A DNA stretch of 64,000 bases. It comes from an uncultured Myxococcales bacterium (lineage in GTDB: Bacteria; Myxococcota_A; UBA9042). The notes beneath the pieces were generated by a model, which did no database searches, had not been told where the DNA came from, and saw only the letters and a list, made by a program, of their open reading frames with translations. Below are positions 35,224 to 44,951 of the stretch, in pieces (positions within the stretch are counted from its first letter, which is position 1; every line of letters starts with the position of its first letter). The stretch is taken from NCBI GenBank assembly GCA_903842345.1, contig CAIMLR010000039.1, positions 3,984 to 67,983 of the forward strand, in the 5' to 3' direction. A program made the position numbers and the translations under genes.

Positions 35224-36225
35224 ATGTCCGAGTTGATGACCCTCTCCCGCACCATCCTGCAGCGCAAGAAGGCCTATGAAGGCGCGACCGGCGACTTCAC
35301 CTTGTTGCTCAACCACATCGCGCTCGCCGCCAAGGTCGTGTCCCGGCAAGTGGCCAAGGCGGGCCTGCTGGACGTGCTCGGCAAGGCCGGTAAAGACAAC
35401 ATCCAGGGCGAGGAAGTGCAGCGCCTCGACGTCATTGCCAACGACCTGCTGATCGAGCTGTTGAACGATCTGCCGATGGTCGCCGCGATCGCGTCGGAGG
35501 AAGAGGAGTTCATTCAGGTCACGGAGGCGGGCCGCCTCGACGGCAAGTACCTGGTCTGCTTCGATCCGCTCGACGGCTCCTCCAACATCGACGTCAACGT
35601 CACGATCGGCACGATCTTTGGCATCCGCAAGCGCCGCGAAACCGGCCGCGAAGCGACGGTCGAGGATTTCCTCGGCGCCGGCAGCGAGCAGGTCTGCGCG
35701 GGCTACGCCGTGTACGGCTCCTCCACGATGTTCGTCTACACGACCGGCGACGGCGTCGACGGCTTCACGCTCGATCCCAGCATCGGCGAGTTCGTCCTCA
35801 CGCACCCCGACATCCGGATTCCCGATTCGCCGCGGTGCCTGTCCGGCAACGTGCTGAACCGCAAGAACTGGCTGCCCGGCACCGTGGAGTTCTGGGACGG
35901 GATCGCCAACGGCAACGACGAGCGCTACAAGAAGACCGGTCTGCGCTACGTCGGCACGCTTGTCGCGGACGTGCACCGCAATCTCCTGCAAGGCGGCATC
36001 TTCATCTACCCGGATGACCGCAAGTCGCCCAACGGCAAGCTGCGCATCCTCTACGAATGCCATCCGCTCGCGTTCGTCGTGGAGCAAGCCGGCGGCGCGG
36101 CGACAAATGGCCGCCAGCGCATGTTGGACATCGAGGCGACGGGGCTGCACATGCGCGTGCCGCTGGTGATCGGCAACAAGCAGGAAGTCGAGCTCTACGG
36201 CAGGCTGATCGCGGCACACAGCTAG
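35224..36225 (+). CDS. fbp: Class 1 fructose-1,6-bisphosphatase
   Basis: Motifs FDPLDGSSNIDVN, RYVGTLVADVHR and GKLRILYEC.P. The ORF-track extension to 34222 is spurious. Confidence 0.96.
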   Translation: MSELMTLSRTILQRKKAYEGATGDFTLLLNHIALAAKVVSRQVAKAGLLDVLGKAGKDNIQGEEVQRLDVIANDLLIELLNDLPMVAAIASEEEEFIQVTEAGRLDGKYLVCFDPLDGSSNIDVNVTIGTIFGIRKRRETGREATVEDFLGAGSEQVCAGYAVYGSSTMFVYTTGDGVDGFTLDPSIGEFVLTHPDIRIPDSPRCLSGNVLNRKNWLPGTVEFWDGIANGNDERYKKTGLRYVGTLVADVHRNLLQGGIFIYPDDRKSPNGKLRILYECHPLAFVVEQAGGAATNGRQRMLDIEATGLHMRVPLVIGNKQEVELYGRLIAAHS

Positions 36226-36696
36226 ATGAAGCTGACGCATCTGGACGAGCACGGCCGCGCCCACATGGTCGCGGTCGGCGAAAAGCCCGAAACGGCGCGC
36301 CGAGCGGTCGCAGAGGCCCGGGTGACGATGTCCCCTGAGGCGCTGGCCGCGGTGCGCAACGGCACCAAGAAAGGCGATGCGCTGCAGGTCGCGCGGATCG
36401 CGGGCATCCAGGCCGCCAAGCGCACGCACGAGCTCATTCCGCTCTGCCATCCGCTGCGGCTGACGCAGATCGCGCTGACCGCGGAGTTCCTGGAGAACGG
36501 CGTGCAGCTGCAGGCAGAAGTCGCAGCCATGGATCGCACCGGCGTGGAGATGGAGGCGCTGACGGCGGTGACCGTCGCGGCGCTGACGCTGTATGACATG
36601 ATCAAGGCGGTCGACAAGGCGGCGGTGATCCGCGAAATCCGGCTGTTGGAGAAGAGCGGCGGCAAGTCCGGGTACCTGCGGCCGCACGGGCCATGA
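36226..36696 (+). CDS. moaC: Cyclic pyranopterin monophosphate synthase
   Basis: Motifs [26 protein letters not shown] and [10 protein letters not shown]. Confidence 0.96.
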   Translation: MKLTHLDEHGRAHMVAVGEKPETARRAVAEARVTMSPEALAAVRNGTKKGDALQVARIAGIQAAKRTHELIPLCHPLRLTQIALTAEFLENGVQLQAEVAAMDRTGVEMEALTAVTVAALTLYDMIKAVDKAAVIREIRLLEKSGGKSGYLRPHGP

Positions 36697-37667
36697 TGGA
36701 CGAGCTGCCACCGCTGGCCGAACGCGTGCGCACCGAGACTGCGGATGCCCGCCGCGCGCTTGCCACGGAGCGCAAGAAGCTGACGCGCCTGCTGGACAAG
36801 CTGCCCGCGGATGCGGCGGCGTGTGCGGGCGGGGAAGCGCTGCGACTGGCCGGCGAGGTGCTCAAGGTGTCCCTGGAGCGCGTGCCACGCGGCGCGGATC
36901 GCGTGACGCTGCCGGTGCCCTGGCTGGATGGCGAGACCGTCGACGTGCCGCTCCAGCGCGACCTGTCACCGCAGCAGAACGTGGACAAGCTGTTTCGCCG
37001 GGCCAAGGGGCTGACGCTGGGCCTGAAGATCGTCCGGCAGCGCGAGGCGCAGACCCAGGCGCGGCTTGTGCAGGTCGCGGCGCAAGTGGCGGCACTGGAA
37101 CCGCTGCTGCAGGCGTCCCAGGCCTTTGACGACCACGCGCCCAACGCCCAGCGGCCCCGCGATGTGCTGCGGCAGGTCGCGGCTTGGCTGGTGGCGGTGC
37201 GGCAACTGGGCGTGCGGCTGCAGGAGTTGCCCAAGCCGGCGCCGGAGCTGCGCAAGGTCGCCCGCGGCAAGGAGCTGCCGGACGGCGTGCGGCTGTTCCG
37301 TTCGCCGCTGAATGCGGTCGTCCTGGCCGGCAAGACGGCGGAAGGCAACGACGCGCTGGTCACCCGGCTCCTGCGCGGGCGCGACCTTTGGCTGCACCTG
37401 CGCGATCGGCCGGGCGCGCACGTCATGCTGCGCGTGGAAGGCACGGCGTTGGTCAAACAGTCGGAGCTGGAAGCGTGCGCGATGCTGGCCGGGCATCTGT
37501 CAGGCGTTGGCAAGGGCGACGCCTGCGACATCACCGTCTGTGCGGGCAAGGACGTGCGCAAAGTGAAGGGTGCGCCAGCCGGCAGCGTGTACGTGAGCCG
37601 CGAACGCGTGGTGCGCGTGGTCGTGGACGGCGAAGTGATCGACGCGTTCTACGCCCGCAACCGCTGA
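36693..37667 (+). CDS. NFACT-R (RqcH/FbpA-like) protein lacking the N-terminal NFACT-N domain
   Basis: LSPQQN..KLFRRAK coiled-coil segment and the NFACT-R motif GKTAEGND.L...[14 protein letters not shown]. Confidence 0.8.
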   Translation: MMDELPPLAERVRTETADARRALATERKKLTRLLDKLPADAAACAGGEALRLAGEVLKVSLERVPRGADRVTLPVPWLDGETVDVPLQRDLSPQQNVDKLFRRAKGLTLGLKIVRQREAQTQARLVQVAAQVAALEPLLQASQAFDDHAPNAQRPRDVLRQVAAWLVAVRQLGVRLQELPKPAPELRKVARGKELPDGVRLFRSPLNAVVLAGKTAEGNDALVTRLLRGRDLWLHLRDRPGAHVMLRVEGTALVKQSELEACAMLAGHLSGVGKGDACDITVCAGKDVRKVKGAPAGSVYVSRERVVRVVVDGEVIDAFYARNR

Positions 37668-37670
37668 CGC

Positions 37671-40600
37671 TTACTGTGCCGCGATCGCCGCGTCATGGGC
37701 CCATCGCAGGGCGCTGCCGCATTCTTCCAGCGACGGCCCTTCGTTCTGGATAATCGTCACGGACGTCTTGGAACGCACGACGAGGTCCTGACAGCCGTCG
37801 CCATCCATGTCGGAAATCTCCAGGCCAGCCGGGTCCGCAGCGACTGAACCGCCGTCATACGCGATGAAACTGCCGTCGCCTGTGCCGAGCATGAACGTAA
37901 TCTGCGACGACTTGCTCAGCAGCACCAAATCGAGATTGCCATCTTTGTTGACGTCGCCCATCGCCGCCGACACGGCGCCGGGAAAGGACGCGGTCACGAG
38001 GCTCAGCGCCGTCTGCGTGTCAAACGCGGCGTCCTTTGGATTGTCGTTGTTCAATTTGCCCGTCAGGATCGCCAACTGCGTGCCGCCCTTGGACAGCACG
38101 AGCAGATCCGCGATTCCGTCGCCGTTGATGTCCGCAGCATTGAACGCGTCCGGCGGTCCGCCCATCGGCGCGCTCGTCCGCGCCACGTAGTTGAACTTGT
38201 CCAGGTGCGGCAGGATGCCGATCTGGCCATACGCGTGGCCAAGGCCAAAGATCGTCGCCGGGTCCTTCTTGCCATCTTTGGGATTGGGCCACGGCCCGGT
38301 GACGATGGCGGTCAGCTGATCCGGCATGGTCCGGTAGCTCACGGTGGAGAGCCCGAGCGCGGCCGGATTGGTACACGACGCGATCGACACGATGTCGCGG
38401 ATGCTCAGCTTGTCGGCCGAATCGCTGATGAAGGTCGGCTTGAACAGCGCCTTGGTCGGGTCCGACTGCGGCACATTCTGGAACACCCGTACGCGCGCCT
38501 GGAGGTACGGCGCGTAACCGGGCACGACCTTGAAGCAGGGCGTGCCGTCATTGTCCATCGCCGTGATGATGTCGGGATGCTTGTCGCCATCGACGTCCGT
38601 CACTTGCACGTCCACCGGATTGCGACCGGCGGAGAACGCGTACGCTGGCGCGGTCACGCACACGCCATTGCCGCCGGTTGACGGTGGCAGCGCGTTGCAG
38701 GTCGCCTTCATGCCCAGCGGTCCGGACGCGTTGGAGAGGAACACGTGGCCGGACGCGCGCAGCATCGGGGCGCCACCGCCAAAGCCGACGAGCGGGACCG
38801 ACTTTGTCGCGTCATCGCCGTAGTAGTTGTTGCAGCACTTGCTCGGGTCGGGCTTGTCACCCGGCGGAATCTCCTCGCCGTAGCTGTTTGTCACTTCATT
38901 TTGCTCGTCAAACAGACACTGGCAGGTCTTGGCCGTCGACGTTTCCTGACCAACCGCGTACGAGCTCGACGTGCGCACGGTCACGAGATCGGGCAGACCG
39001 TCGCCATTGACGTCGGCGAGCACCGCGGCGTTGACGTGGCCAAAGAGCTGCGGCCCGCCCTTGGCGCAATCGGTCACCAAGCCAGCGTTCTTGGTGTTGA
39101 TCGGATGGTAGGGCGAGAACTCCGTCTGCCGCGGCTCCGGATTGAGCATGCCGGCGTCATTCATGAACGTTGCGATCGGCCAGACCGGCATGGCCGCCGG
39201 GCCGCTTGGCGTCTTGCACGCGCCTGCCTCGCCGGGCTGGTCGGACGCCGATTCCTTGCCGACGACGAGCAATTCCTTGAACTTGTCCTTGTTGAAATCG
39301 GCGACCTTGGCGGCGACGATTTCCTGCACGCCGCGGCTGCTCGCCGGCCAATAGCTCGCACAGAGATGGTGGGCGGTCGGCGCGACGAATCCGCCGGTGA
39401 ACTTGCCCGCCTTGGTGTGCCCGGGCGCGATCTGGATGCCGCTGTCGCTGGCATTGACGAGGTCGAGGACGGTGTCGCCATCGACGTCGCGCGCCATGAC
39501 CTTGACCGAGCCGCCGCCGATGATCCAGCTGCGGAAACACGCCCGCACGTACTCGGTGTCGGCGGGATCGAGCGGAATGACCTCGACTTCGCGTCCTGCC
39601 ACGCCGGCGATCACGTAGGGCTCGCCCTTGGCGCCGACGGTGCCGACATCCATCGCCTGCACGTCGATGTGGAGAATCTGCCGATTGGCGACGTTCTGCT
39701 GCTCGACGAACGTGAACTGGCCCGCGTGGTTGGTCCTGAGCCAGCGCAGGTAATGTCCCGTTCCGCTGGCGACGAGCAGATCCGGGCCGCTCTTGCCTGA
39801 CTTGACTGGCAGGTCAACCTGCAGGATCAGGTGCGTGTCCGTGCCGTCCTTGAACTGATACGCGTCCTGCGCCTGATTCAACGTCCCGTCCTTGGCCACG
39901 TTGCGGTAGCACGACACGATGGGCCGGTTGGACGAGCCCACGCAGACGTCCACGCCATCGCCGTCCCAGAATTCGCCGGTCGCGATCGACACAACGCCGG
40001 TAACGCCCATGTTTGGCGCCACTTTGATGCCCGCGCTGAAGACCTTGCCTGCCTTCAGGTACGCATACTCGACGCTCGGATCGCCGCACGGCTTCTCCCC
40101 CGGATTGGCATCGCCCGACGTGACGCACGTCGGCGACGGCGTGAGCACCAGCGTCATCAAGCCAAAGTCAACGTCCTGCCCCGTTTCGCTCGTCGTCTTC
40201 AGCGCGCCGATCAGCAGGTCGTCAAAATCGTCATCGTTCAGCTTGGCCATCTCCGCGGTCGACGGCGGCGCGGGCAACACGAGCGTGTCGATGACCTTGA
40301 AGCCGCGGATCGTTTCCGTGAATTCCACCGTCTTGCCGTCGGTGCCGATCGTCGACTTCTTGATGTTCACAGGCACGTTCAGGATCGCCCACACTTCGCC
40401 GCGCGGCTTGCCGTCGCCCGTGATGGTGCCCACCGCGATGATGTCGAGATCGCCGTCGGCGTCGAGATCGCGCAGGAACACGCGCGCCATGTTGGCGTTG
40501 ATCTTCGCGGTCGCCTCAGCGGGCGAGCCATAGTGCAGGACGCGGTACTTCGCGAGGCTGTCTTCTGGCCTCAGATCCTCGAATTTCAACGAATGCGCGT

Positions 40601-41666
40601 GGGTATTCGCATCGTTGGACAGCTGCTGACCGTCCTTGTCGATCGGCTGGCCAAGGTCGTTGCGCTTGGGCATGCCCGCGCGGATGTACACGCCATCGTT
40701 CGCGGCGACCACGACATCGGCGAGCTGATCCAGGCCGGACGTCGGCGTCGGATCCGTCGTGAAAGCGACAAACCCATCGGCCGCGTCTGCGACCGTCGGC
40801 ATGACGAAATCATTGATCGTATGGGAAAACTGATCATTGGCCTGACCGAGAAAGCTCGCGGCCTTGACGCTGAACACCTCGGCCGATGTCGTGGTTTCGT
40901 CGTTCGTCTTGTCCTTGGCGGTAACGGCGACGGTCAACTTCTCCGTCGCGGCCAGCCGCGTCGTATCCAGCTTGTAGTCAAACTTCCAGGTCGTCCCCGT
41001 CCCGGTCGGCATGACGAACTGACCACCCGTCAGGATCGTGTTGCCATCCGGAGCCAGCACGTCCAGATGCGCGGTGTCGAGGTGGCCATCGCTCACGAGC
41101 ACATGCAGCGTCGTGGTGCCCACGAAGGTTGGGACGCCGCCGGGCGTGCTGGGCGCATCGGTCGTGATCTTGATTGACGGGACGCAGTTGTCGACTTCAA
41201 CGTCCGCGCTGGCGCTTCCGGAAACGTCCGCTCCCGACAGCGTGCCGGTCGCCGTGGCTACCAACGAGAGCGTCTCATTGCAGCCGACAAGCGGCTTGCC
41301 ATCCTTGCCCATGCCGGTCGTGTCGACCGCACAGGTGAAATTGGCGCCATTGACGTTGCACGGTGCGGTGATCTTGTCACCGAGCAGGACGACGACGCCG
41401 CCGGTCTTCTTGAGGATGACGCCTTTGTCGAGCACGAGGCTGCCGGAGACCGCGATGCTTGTGGACACCGGACCAGTGAGGAGTGCCGTCGTCTTTTTGT
41501 CGAACGTGACGGTGATACCGCCGCTTGCAGCGCCGGAATCGTCCACAGCCGCGGGCGTCGGGCTGCACGCAGCGCAAGCCACGAGCCAAGCGCAAAGCCA
41601 AGCGCCGATCAGCCGCGATTGCAGCGGTGATTTGGCGTGGTGGCTGGTCGGGACAGAAACGAGCAT
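37671..41666 (-). CDS. Large FG-GAP/VCBS-repeat surface lipoprotein
   Basis: Lipobox-like ACAAC, Ig-like N-terminal part, and repeated D(L/V/I)(D/N)xDGxxDL motifs (DLDADGDLDI, DVNGDGLPDL, DVDGDKHPDI, DINGDGIADL, DVNKDGNLDL, DMDGDGCQDL). Confidence 0.85.
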   Translation of the reverse strand: MLVSVPTSHHAKSPLQSRLIGAWLCAWLVACAACSPTPAAVDDSGAASGGITVTFDKKTTALLTGPVSTSIAVSGSLVLDKGVILKKTGGVVVLLGDKITAPCNVNGANFTCAVDTTGMGKDGKPLVGCNETLSLVATATGTLSGADVSGSASADVEVDNCVPSIKITTDAPSTPGGVPTFVGTTTLHVLVSDGHLDTAHLDVLAPDGNTILTGGQFVMPTGTGTTWKFDYKLDTTRLAATEKLTVAVTAKDKTNDETTTSAEVFSVKAASFLGQANDQFSHTINDFVMPTVADAADGFVAFTTDPTPTSGLDQLADVVVAANDGVYIRAGMPKRNDLGQPIDKDGQQLSNDANTHAHSLKFEDLRPEDSLAKYRVLHYGSPAEATAKINANMARVFLRDLDADGDLDIIAVGTITGDGKPRGEVWAILNVPVNIKKSTIGTDGKTVEFTETIRGFKVIDTLVLPAPPSTAEMAKLNDDDFDDLLIGALKTTSETGQDVDFGLMTLVLTPSPTCVTSGDANPGEKPCGDPSVEYAYLKAGKVFSAGIKVAPNMGVTGVVSIATGEFWDGDGVDVCVGSSNRPIVSCYRNVAKDGTLNQAQDAYQFKDGTDTHLILQVDLPVKSGKSGPDLLVASGTGHYLRWLRTNHAGQFTFVEQQNVANRQILHIDVQAMDVGTVGAKGEPYVIAGVAGREVEVIPLDPADTEYVRACFRSWIIGGGSVKVMARDVDGDTVLDLVNASDSGIQIAPGHTKAGKFTGGFVAPTAHHLCASYWPASSRGVQEIVAAKVADFNKDKFKELLVVGKESASDQPGEAGACKTPSGPAAMPVWPIATFMNDAGMLNPEPRQTEFSPYHPINTKNAGLVTDCAKGGPQLFGHVNAAVLADVNGDGLPDLVTVRTSSSYAVGQETSTAKTCQCLFDEQNEVTNSYGEEIPPGDKPDPSKCCNNYYGDDATKSVPLVGFGGGAPMLRASGHVFLSNASGPLGMKATCNALPPSTGGNGVCVTAPAYAFSAGRNPVDVQVTDVDGDKHPDIITAMDNDGTPCFKVVPGYAPYLQARVRVFQNVPQSDPTKALFKPTFISDSADKLSIRDIVSIASCTNPAALGLSTVSYRTMPDQLTAIVTGPWPNPKDGKKDPATIFGLGHAYGQIGILPHLDKFNYVARTSAPMGGPPDAFNAADINGDGIADLLVLSKGGTQLAILTGKLNNDNPKDAAFDTQTALSLVTASFPGAVSAAMGDVNKDGNLDLVLLSKSSQITFMLGTGDGSFIAYDGGSVAADPAGLEISDMDGDGCQDLVVRSKTSVTIIQNEGPSLEECGSALRWAHDAAIAAQ

Positions 41667-41738
41667 GGAACCCCCGAATTCATTGTGCCAGCCGCGGACG
41701 CAAGGTCAAGCTAAGTGGCGACGGCGGTGGTCACGGAT

Positions 41739-41778
41739 TCGGTCTCAGTACTGGTCTCGGTACCGAAAGTGAGACCGA
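41739..41778. other. Nested inverted repeat in the divergent intergenic region
   Basis: A 9-bp stem TCGGTCTCA...TGAGACCGA encloses an inner stem GTACTG-GTCT-CGGTAC. Confidence 0.5.
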
Positions 41779-41802
41779 TGCCGGGACGCGGAACTTCCAT
41801 GC

Positions 41803-41824
41803 AACCACCTGTTAACACGTGGTT
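41803..41824. promoter_or_regulatory. Near-perfect 22-bp palindrome (candidate operator) upstream of the radC-like gene
   Basis: AACCACCTGTTAACACGTGGTT has 10 of 11 symmetric pairs. Confidence 0.5.
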
Positions 41825-41841
41825 TCAGCGATATTCGCAAG

Positions 41842-42297
41842 TTGGCACAGACCTTGCTTTGGCCTGATCCGCCCGGCGCGCTGCCGGCTGCGAGGCAACA
41901 CGCCATGCTGAACCTGCCTGTCCGACTGCCCGACGCCGTGGCCGTTGCCGCGCATTTTCGCGACCTTGCGCTGCTGGAGCGCGAAGTGTTGGCGATTGCC
42001 GGCCTTGACCACCGCGGCTTCCTCCTGTGCGAGCGTCGGCTCCACGGCCATGGTTTTGGGGTACCCGCGACGCCGCGCGACCTGTTGCCGGCCGTGCTCT
42101 CGGCGGGTGCTGTCGCCGCCGTGCTGGTCCACAACCATCCCAGCGGCCGACTGGCGCCGTCGCATGCCGATCTGCTATTCACGACGCGCTTCCAGGAGGC
42201 TGCGGCGCTGTGCGGCCTGCAGCTGCTCGACCACGTGATTCTGGCGGGCGGCGGTTGGCTGAGCCTGCGTCACGCCGGCTGGATGGAGCTGCCATGA
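41842..42297 (+). CDS. radC: RadC-like JAB/MPN domain protein (short form)
   Basis: VLVHNHPSG..APSHAD...LLDHVIL. Start codon uncertain (TTG 41842 or a later ATG). Confidence 0.8.
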   Translation: MAQTLLWPDPPGALPAARQHAMLNLPVRLPDAVAVAAHFRDLALLEREVLAIAGLDHRGFLLCERRLHGHGFGVPATPRDLLPAVLSAGAVAAVLVHNHPSGRLAPSHADLLFTTRFQEAAALCGLQLLDHVILAGGGWLSLRHAGWMELP

Positions 42298-42623
42298 GCC
42301 GCCGTGACGCCGTTGCGGTCTTCCTTGCCGCGTTTGCCGCAGCGCTGCTGTGGGCGAGCGCGCTCACCTGCCTGCGGGCGCGGCCGCCGGCGTTGGCGCG
42401 CGCGGTCGGCGGCGCGTGGGCTGCCGCGGGGTGCATCGATCCGGCGACTGCAACCGCGCGCGATTGGCGCATCATCCCCGGGGTCACGCGGCGGGTCGCC
42501 GACGGCCTCGCCACGGCTTGCCGCCAGACGGACTGCGAACGGCAGATCCCCGTCCTGTCGGGCATCGGCCCGGTGTTGCGGGAACGTCTAACTGCAAGCG
42601 TGTGCCGAAAGCGGCGCGGCGTG
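42294..42623 (+). CDS. ComEA-like helix-hairpin-helix protein; 3' end undefined because there is no in-frame stop until 45002
   Basis: ATGA overlap with the radC stop. N-terminal TM segment, then IDPATAT..DW..IPGV and LSGIGP..RERL, which resemble the two ComEA HhH motifs. The end given is where lysC begins on the other strand. Confidence 0.5.
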
Positions 42624-43922
42624 TCAGGTCTTCTCGAGCTCGAACTTGTCGTGCAGCACGCGCACCGCCGCATCCGCAAACTGATCCTCAACGACGCAGG
42701 AGATTTTGATCTCGCTCGTGGAGACAAGCACGATGTTGATTCCCGCGTCGCCGAGCGCGGCGAACGTCCGCTGCGCGACGCCCGGCTGGGACACCATGCC
42801 TGCGCCGACGACGGAGACCTTGGCGAGCCGCTTGTCCAGCGAGCAACGCACAAAGCCGAGTTCGTCCTGCAGACCCTCGATGAGCGCCACCGCGCGGTCT
42901 GCGGCGTTGCGCGGCACGGTGAACGTCACGTCCGTGCGGCCGTTCTCCGGCGGATTTTGGATGATGACGTCGATGTTGATGCCCGCGTCCGCCATCGGCG
43001 CAAACAAGCGAGCCGCCGCGCCGGGCTTGTCCGCCATGCCGACGATGGTCAGTTTGGCGATGTTCTTGTCGCAGCTCACCGCAGTGACGACCGCGCCTTC
43101 CAAACCCTTCATTTCCGCACCCTCCAGACCAGACATCTCCGGCACGACCCAACTGCCCTCGCCATCGCTGAACGACGACCGGCAGTGCAACGTCACCTTG
43201 TACTTGAGCGCAAACTCCACGGAACGCGTCTGCAGCACCTTGGCGCCCAGGCTCGCCAGCTCCAGCATTTCCTCCGAGCCGATGCGCGGGATCTTGCGGG
43301 CCTTGGCGTAGACGTTCGGGTCGGTCGTGTAGATGCCGTCGACGTCGGAGTAGATTTCACAGGCGTCAGCCTTGAGCGCCGCGGCCATGGCGACCGCGGA
43401 GAGATCGCTGCCGCCGCGGCCGAGCGTCGTGATGTTCCCGTGCTGGTCGACGCCCTGGAACCCAGCGATGACGACAATCTCGCCATTTTGGAGGCATTCG
43501 TGCACCGGATCCGCCTTGATCGAGCGAATCCGCGCGCTGCCGTGCATCGAGTCCGTGCGAATTTCCACCTGGTGACCGAGGAAGCTCCGCGCTTGGAAAC
43601 CCAGTTCACGGATCGCCAGCGCCAGGAGCGCGATGGACACCTGTTCACCCGTCGCCAGCAGCACATCAATTTCGCGATCCGCCGGCCGGCTCGATACGCC
43701 CGCCGCCAATTTCAGCAGTCGGTCGGTCTCGCCCTGCATCGCGGAGACGACGACGACGACCTGATGGCCCTCGCTGGCCGTCTTGACGGCGCGGCGGGCG
43801 ACGTTCTGGATGCGTTCGATGCTGCCCATGGAGCTACCGCCAAACTTCTGGACGATCAGCTTCTGCGACTTGTTGGGTGGCGACTTGTGCATCGTGGAGG
43901 ACATCGCTCGTGGGGCTTCCAT
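42624..43922 (-). CDS. lysC: Aspartate kinase
   Basis: Motifs [34 protein letters not shown] and two ACT domains (STSEIKIS). The true start may be 43904 or 43892. Confidence 0.96.
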   Translation of the reverse strand: MEAPRAMSSTMHKSPPNKSQKLIVQKFGGSSMGSIERIQNVARRAVKTASEGHQVVVVVSAMQGETDRLLKLAAGVSSRPADREIDVLLATGEQVSIALLALAIRELGFQARSFLGHQVEIRTDSMHGSARIRSIKADPVHECLQNGEIVVIAGFQGVDQHGNITTLGRGGSDLSAVAMAAALKADACEIYSDVDGIYTTDPNVYAKARKIPRIGSEEMLELASLGAKVLQTRSVEFALKYKVTLHCRSSFSDGEGSWVVPEMSGLEGAEMKGLEGAVVTAVSCDKNIAKLTIVGMADKPGAAARLFAPMADAGINIDVIIQNPPENGRTDVTFTVPRNAADRAVALIEGLQDELGFVRCSLDKRLAKVSVVGAGMVSQPGVAQRTFAALGDAGINIVLVSTSEIKISCVVEDQFADAAVRVLHDKFELEKT

Positions 43923-43943
43923 GGCCGTGGCCAGCCGACCCGG

Positions 43944-44951
43944 TCAATGGGTCGCGGCTGCCGTTGGCGGCGCGGGACTTTCGCGCAGCATCGACCACTT
44001 TGCAACCGAGGGCACGAGCGTCAGCGTCACGCCGGCCACCGGATGGAGCGAAAGCTTCACCGGGTTCTCAGCGCTGGCCCCGGCCAGATCGGCAAAAACC
44101 AGGTTGACGGGCGGTTTTTCCGCGAGCGCCGTCACCGCGTGCGCCAGGCCTTCGGCGTGAATCGTGACTTCGGCGGGCGTCAGCACGCAGCGCTGTTGCG
44201 GCGGACAACCGCGCACGGCGATGGGCTGATTCTCCAGATTCCGACTGATTTCGCGCTCCTCGAGCGCCACCTCGACCACGACTTCTTCAACGGAAAGTTG
44301 CACCCGCCGATCGCCGGGTGGCACGACGCGCAGGAGCGCGCGGACGTCGTGATCTGCGCCATGGAGATCGAGCGGATTGGTCCGCACCGAGCGCACCTGC
44401 CGCACCTGACTGGCCGGGCCAAAGACTTTCACGCGCGGCGGATCCACGACGACGCCCTTGGGACCCTGCCGGAAACCGGCGGCGGGCTCACCGGAGATGG
44501 GCACTTCCACCGGCACGAACACCTCAGCCGCCTGATCCAAACGCACCAAAAGCGACGGCGGCTCCACGCCGAGCACCTCGATTTGCGCCGATCCGAGCTG
44601 CACTTCCACAGTTCGCGGGTCAAAGACGTAGCGCTCGCCGTCGCGATACGCCGCGAGATCCATCGAGAGCCGACCCGCGTGTTCGCGCAGCAACTGCTGG
44701 ATCGCGCCACGGCGCCCGCGCACGCGAACTTTCACCGCTTCTGGCGCTTCCCCGACAAAGACCTTGTTCTTTGCCACGTTGGTGACGGTCAGCGGCACCG
44801 CCAGTTCGCTTTCCTTGACGCTGTCGCGCTGCACAACCATGTGCAGCAGCGCCGCCAGCGCGATCGAGATCAGCTTCAGACCGAGGTTGGCGGTCACCAG
44901 CGTGCGCAGGCGGGCAAAAAAACCGCTGAGGAGGCGAAACGGCATCATCAT
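43944..44951 (-). CDS. cdaR: CdaR/YbbR-like regulator of diadenylate cyclase
   Basis: N-terminal anchor NLGLKLISIALA, YbbR-like repeats (P..VKVRVRG, P..VKVFGP), and overlap with the cdaA stop. Confidence 0.85.
   Translation of the reverse strand: MMMPFRLLSGFFARLRTLVTANLGLKLISIALAALLHMVVQRDSVKESELAVPLTVTNVAKNKVFVGEAPEAVKVRVRGRRGAIQQLLREHAGRLSMDLAAYRDGERYVFDPRTVEVQLGSAQIEVLGVEPPSLLVRLDQAAEVFVPVEVPISGEPAAGFRQGPKGVVVDPPRVKVFGPASQVRQVRSVRTNPLDLHGADHDVRALLRVVPPGDRRVQLSVEEVVVEVALEEREISRNLENQPIAVRGCPPQQRCVLTPAEVTIHAEGLAHAVTALAEKPPVNLVFADLAGASAENPVKLSLHPVAGVTLTLVPSVAKWSMLRESPAPPTAAATH

Noticed and set aside
41739-41778. Hammerhead ribozyme or cloning scar (CGAAA; BsaI/KpnI/ScaI sites)
   Set aside because: There is no CUGANGA core on either strand and no vector-like context. 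It is kept only as an unexplained hairpin.
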